DNA of 46,988 bases, the filler included, from Mitosporidium daphniae (Eukaryota): NCBI RefSeq assembly GCF_000760515.2. It is 2 parts of 2 records of this genome, joined end to end, with 100 filler letters (N's around TTAATTAATTAA, not from the genome) between each part and the next. Parts side by side here need not be neighbours in the genome. Positions count along the whole stretch, not along the records: positions 23,917 to 46,988 come from NW_013546145.1; 1 more part is not named here. The stretch is one strand, 5' to 3'. Position 1 is the first letter of the stretch; each line of letters starts with the position of its first letter. The notes beneath the pieces were generated by a model. The model made no database searches and had not been told where the DNA came from. It saw nothing but the letters and a program-made list of their open reading frames with translations. A program made the position numbers and the translations under genes. Shown piece after piece: positions 45,110 through 46,988 of this stretch.

Positions 45110-45421
45110 TCAATTTATCGAGGGGATCCATTGATGGTCCTTCTTGGACTTCCATGCCTTGAGGATTTTCTTTGTGTTGCTGATTTTATCGCTTTTTTTT
45201 GAAATCGCATTTGATCGGTTGGAATCGGATCTTTTTTCTACCACCGGATTAAGGACGATTCCCTCCATCGGGCTCTCGCGGACCAATGAGGATGTTTTAG
45301 AGAGAGATAGAAGATTGCTGGATAGCTTTTTCAATCGGGCATCATGTACGGCATTCATAATGTTCTTTCTGAGCTCCCTCTTATTTTGTTGCATCTGCTT
45401 TGATCTCAACCCCTTGGCCAT
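45110..45421 (-). CDS. DUF2423/YBL028C-like small basic nucleolar protein
   Basis: MAKGLRSK..NKR.LR......DARL.KLS N-terminus. Confidence 0.7.
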   Translation of the reverse strand: MAKGLRSKQMQQNKRELRKNIMNAVHDARLKKLSSNLLSLSKTSSLVRESPMEGIVLNPVVEKRSDSNRSNAISKKSDKISNTKKILKAWKSKKDHQWIPSIN

Positions 45422-45504
45422 GATAAGATGATGGAATATAAACAAAATATTTTTTTTCTAATTTACGGCTAGGGTTAGGGTGTTTTAATTTACGGTTAAT
45501 TTTA

Positions 45505-46988
45505 TTAATTAAGATAAATTTGCTTCACATCAGAGGTACCAAAGGGCTCAGTGCAGATGGGACACTTTCTTTGTCTGGTCTCAATACGTGCATCGATGCA
45601 CTCTTTACACAGGACATGCATACAGCGACAAAGAACATGTGTCCTTTCCCTACGTAGACATATTGGGCACTTTACAAGATCCTAATGGATATATATATTC
45701 CGCTAGTTGATACCTGATAATACTTGAGCTCATCCAAGAGCTTTGCATCCTCGGAAATTATATTTGTATGTCCCTTTGACATAAAAATATCAAATCTTTT
45801 ACGCAAGGACTGATATTCTTCCTCCATTCTAGCTTTTTCTCCGGAAAATCTTTTTGAAACCGTTTTGGCCTCAACGAGCTCGTTACGCATCTAAAATAAA
45901 CGTCGCCAACCCACACACCATACCTCATCTAAAGATCTTGCTGCTTGATCAAATTTTGCTTGGATTTCCGCTTGCTGTCGTGAACATTCGCTCAATTTTC
46001 GCTTGTAGTAATCCGACATATTCTGCTTTTGGGATAGATCTTTTTCCACATTTGCCAGCTTTGTTGAGAGGGACCAAACTTTCTCCTTTAAGCCGCTTAG
46101 TTGCCCTGCCGTTGAGAGCTCCCAATTGTTTAGCTCTGGCGGCCTAGCAACATTGGCCAACTCGCGCTCTTTTTCTTTAAACAGAGCATCAAGCTTGCTT
46201 TTCTCTGCATGGAGCCTCACAATTACTTCCTCCTTTGTGGATAATTGCTTTAAAAGATTCTCATTATTTTCGATGGCATCATTAAAAGCCTCTGCTGTCG
46301 CTTCTAGCTCTTGAGCAAGAAGGGCCTCATCTGGCGATAAATTTCCAGCCAAGCTTGCACAGGAAGAGATTCGTTTCTAGTGTAAATGTTTGCACGAAAC
46401 GGCACTTACCTTTAAAATTTGGATTGTATTTTCAAGATCTTGGTTGATTTGGGACACTGAGGTGAATTTCTTGTGCAAATCGTCTTGAGCAACGTAGGAA
46501 GAATCTCTTTCCGAAATGGCGTCTTTCAAACGGGCAAGAAGAGATCTTCGTTCGTCTTCAAAGCCCTGCTCCATATTACGCAAGGACTCGTTATTGAGGG
46601 AAATCTCGTCCCTAATTTTAGCGTGCAACCCATCGGACTCGCGAACGAGCCTTTCAACTTGGGCCTTGAGGAGATCCTTTTCCCCCTTCATAAGTTCAAA
46701 TTGATGTGAATAGTTTAAAAGCGGATTGAGATCAGAAGGCAAACCCTCATGCTACAGGTTAGAAGCGATCAAGAGACATTACCTTGTGTCTATATTCATC
46801 GTATTCTGCTTTGAATCGTAAAAGATCTGCAGTTAGAGACTGTAATTCTTTGTCTCGAGAGGAAATTGAATTCTTCAGTGCATCAATCTCTGCCTGAAGA
46901 AGGGATATTTGAACCTCCTGCTTTTCAACAAGCTTCGAGTTTTCATCAAATTTATCTTCCTTTTGAGAAACTTCGAGTTTCTCACTAG
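45505..46988 (-). CDS. BRE1: E3 ubiquitin ligase Bre1, 3' part (5' end beyond window), several short introns
   Basis: Long coiled coil ending in RING KCPIC..RER..VL.RCMHV.CKECI..R.ETRQRKCP.C..PF...DV..IYL. Confidence 0.9.

Noticed and set aside
1..46988. Transposase, reverse transcriptase, viral or prokaryotic defence genes
   Set aside because: No such motifs recognised; all large ORFs are explained as eukaryotic housekeeping genes or short orphans.

Overview
Gene-dense eukaryotic scaffold from a compact fungal-relative genome. About 35 protein genes are interrupted by tiny GT-AG introns (mostly 24-37 nt), and some divergent start codons are only 30-60 bp apart. Mitochondrial translation and import genes are retained (MTG1, bL32m, mL45/Mba1, Tom70). 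This combination suggests an early-diverging Rozellomycota/microsporidia-related parasite such as Mitosporidium (inference only). Recognised genes: BMT5-like, MTG1, CK2-beta, GSH1, RPS6, LSM8, PUP1, mago nashi, TAF2, PAT1, BiP, RIX7, CTR9, RPB11, zuotin/DNAJC2, a stand-alone SPOC protein, RPS10, TSC10, DCD1, SNU23, a GLTSCR/BICRA-domain protein, TAD1, TOM70, NAP1, MED10-like, MMtag, DUF2423 and BRE1 (partial). There are also three tRNAs and an artificial scaffold gap. Main oddities: (1) a BiP with no lid domain whose HDDL ER-retention signal is one base out of frame; (2) an antisense coding overlap between PUP1 and the last micro-exon of mago; (3) a few long introns, two sharing an identical 13-mer; (4) clustered and inverted TTAGGG elements in non-coding, partly structured DNA; (5) an in-frame TAA inside BMT5. 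All exon structures were read by eye and need transcript confirmation.
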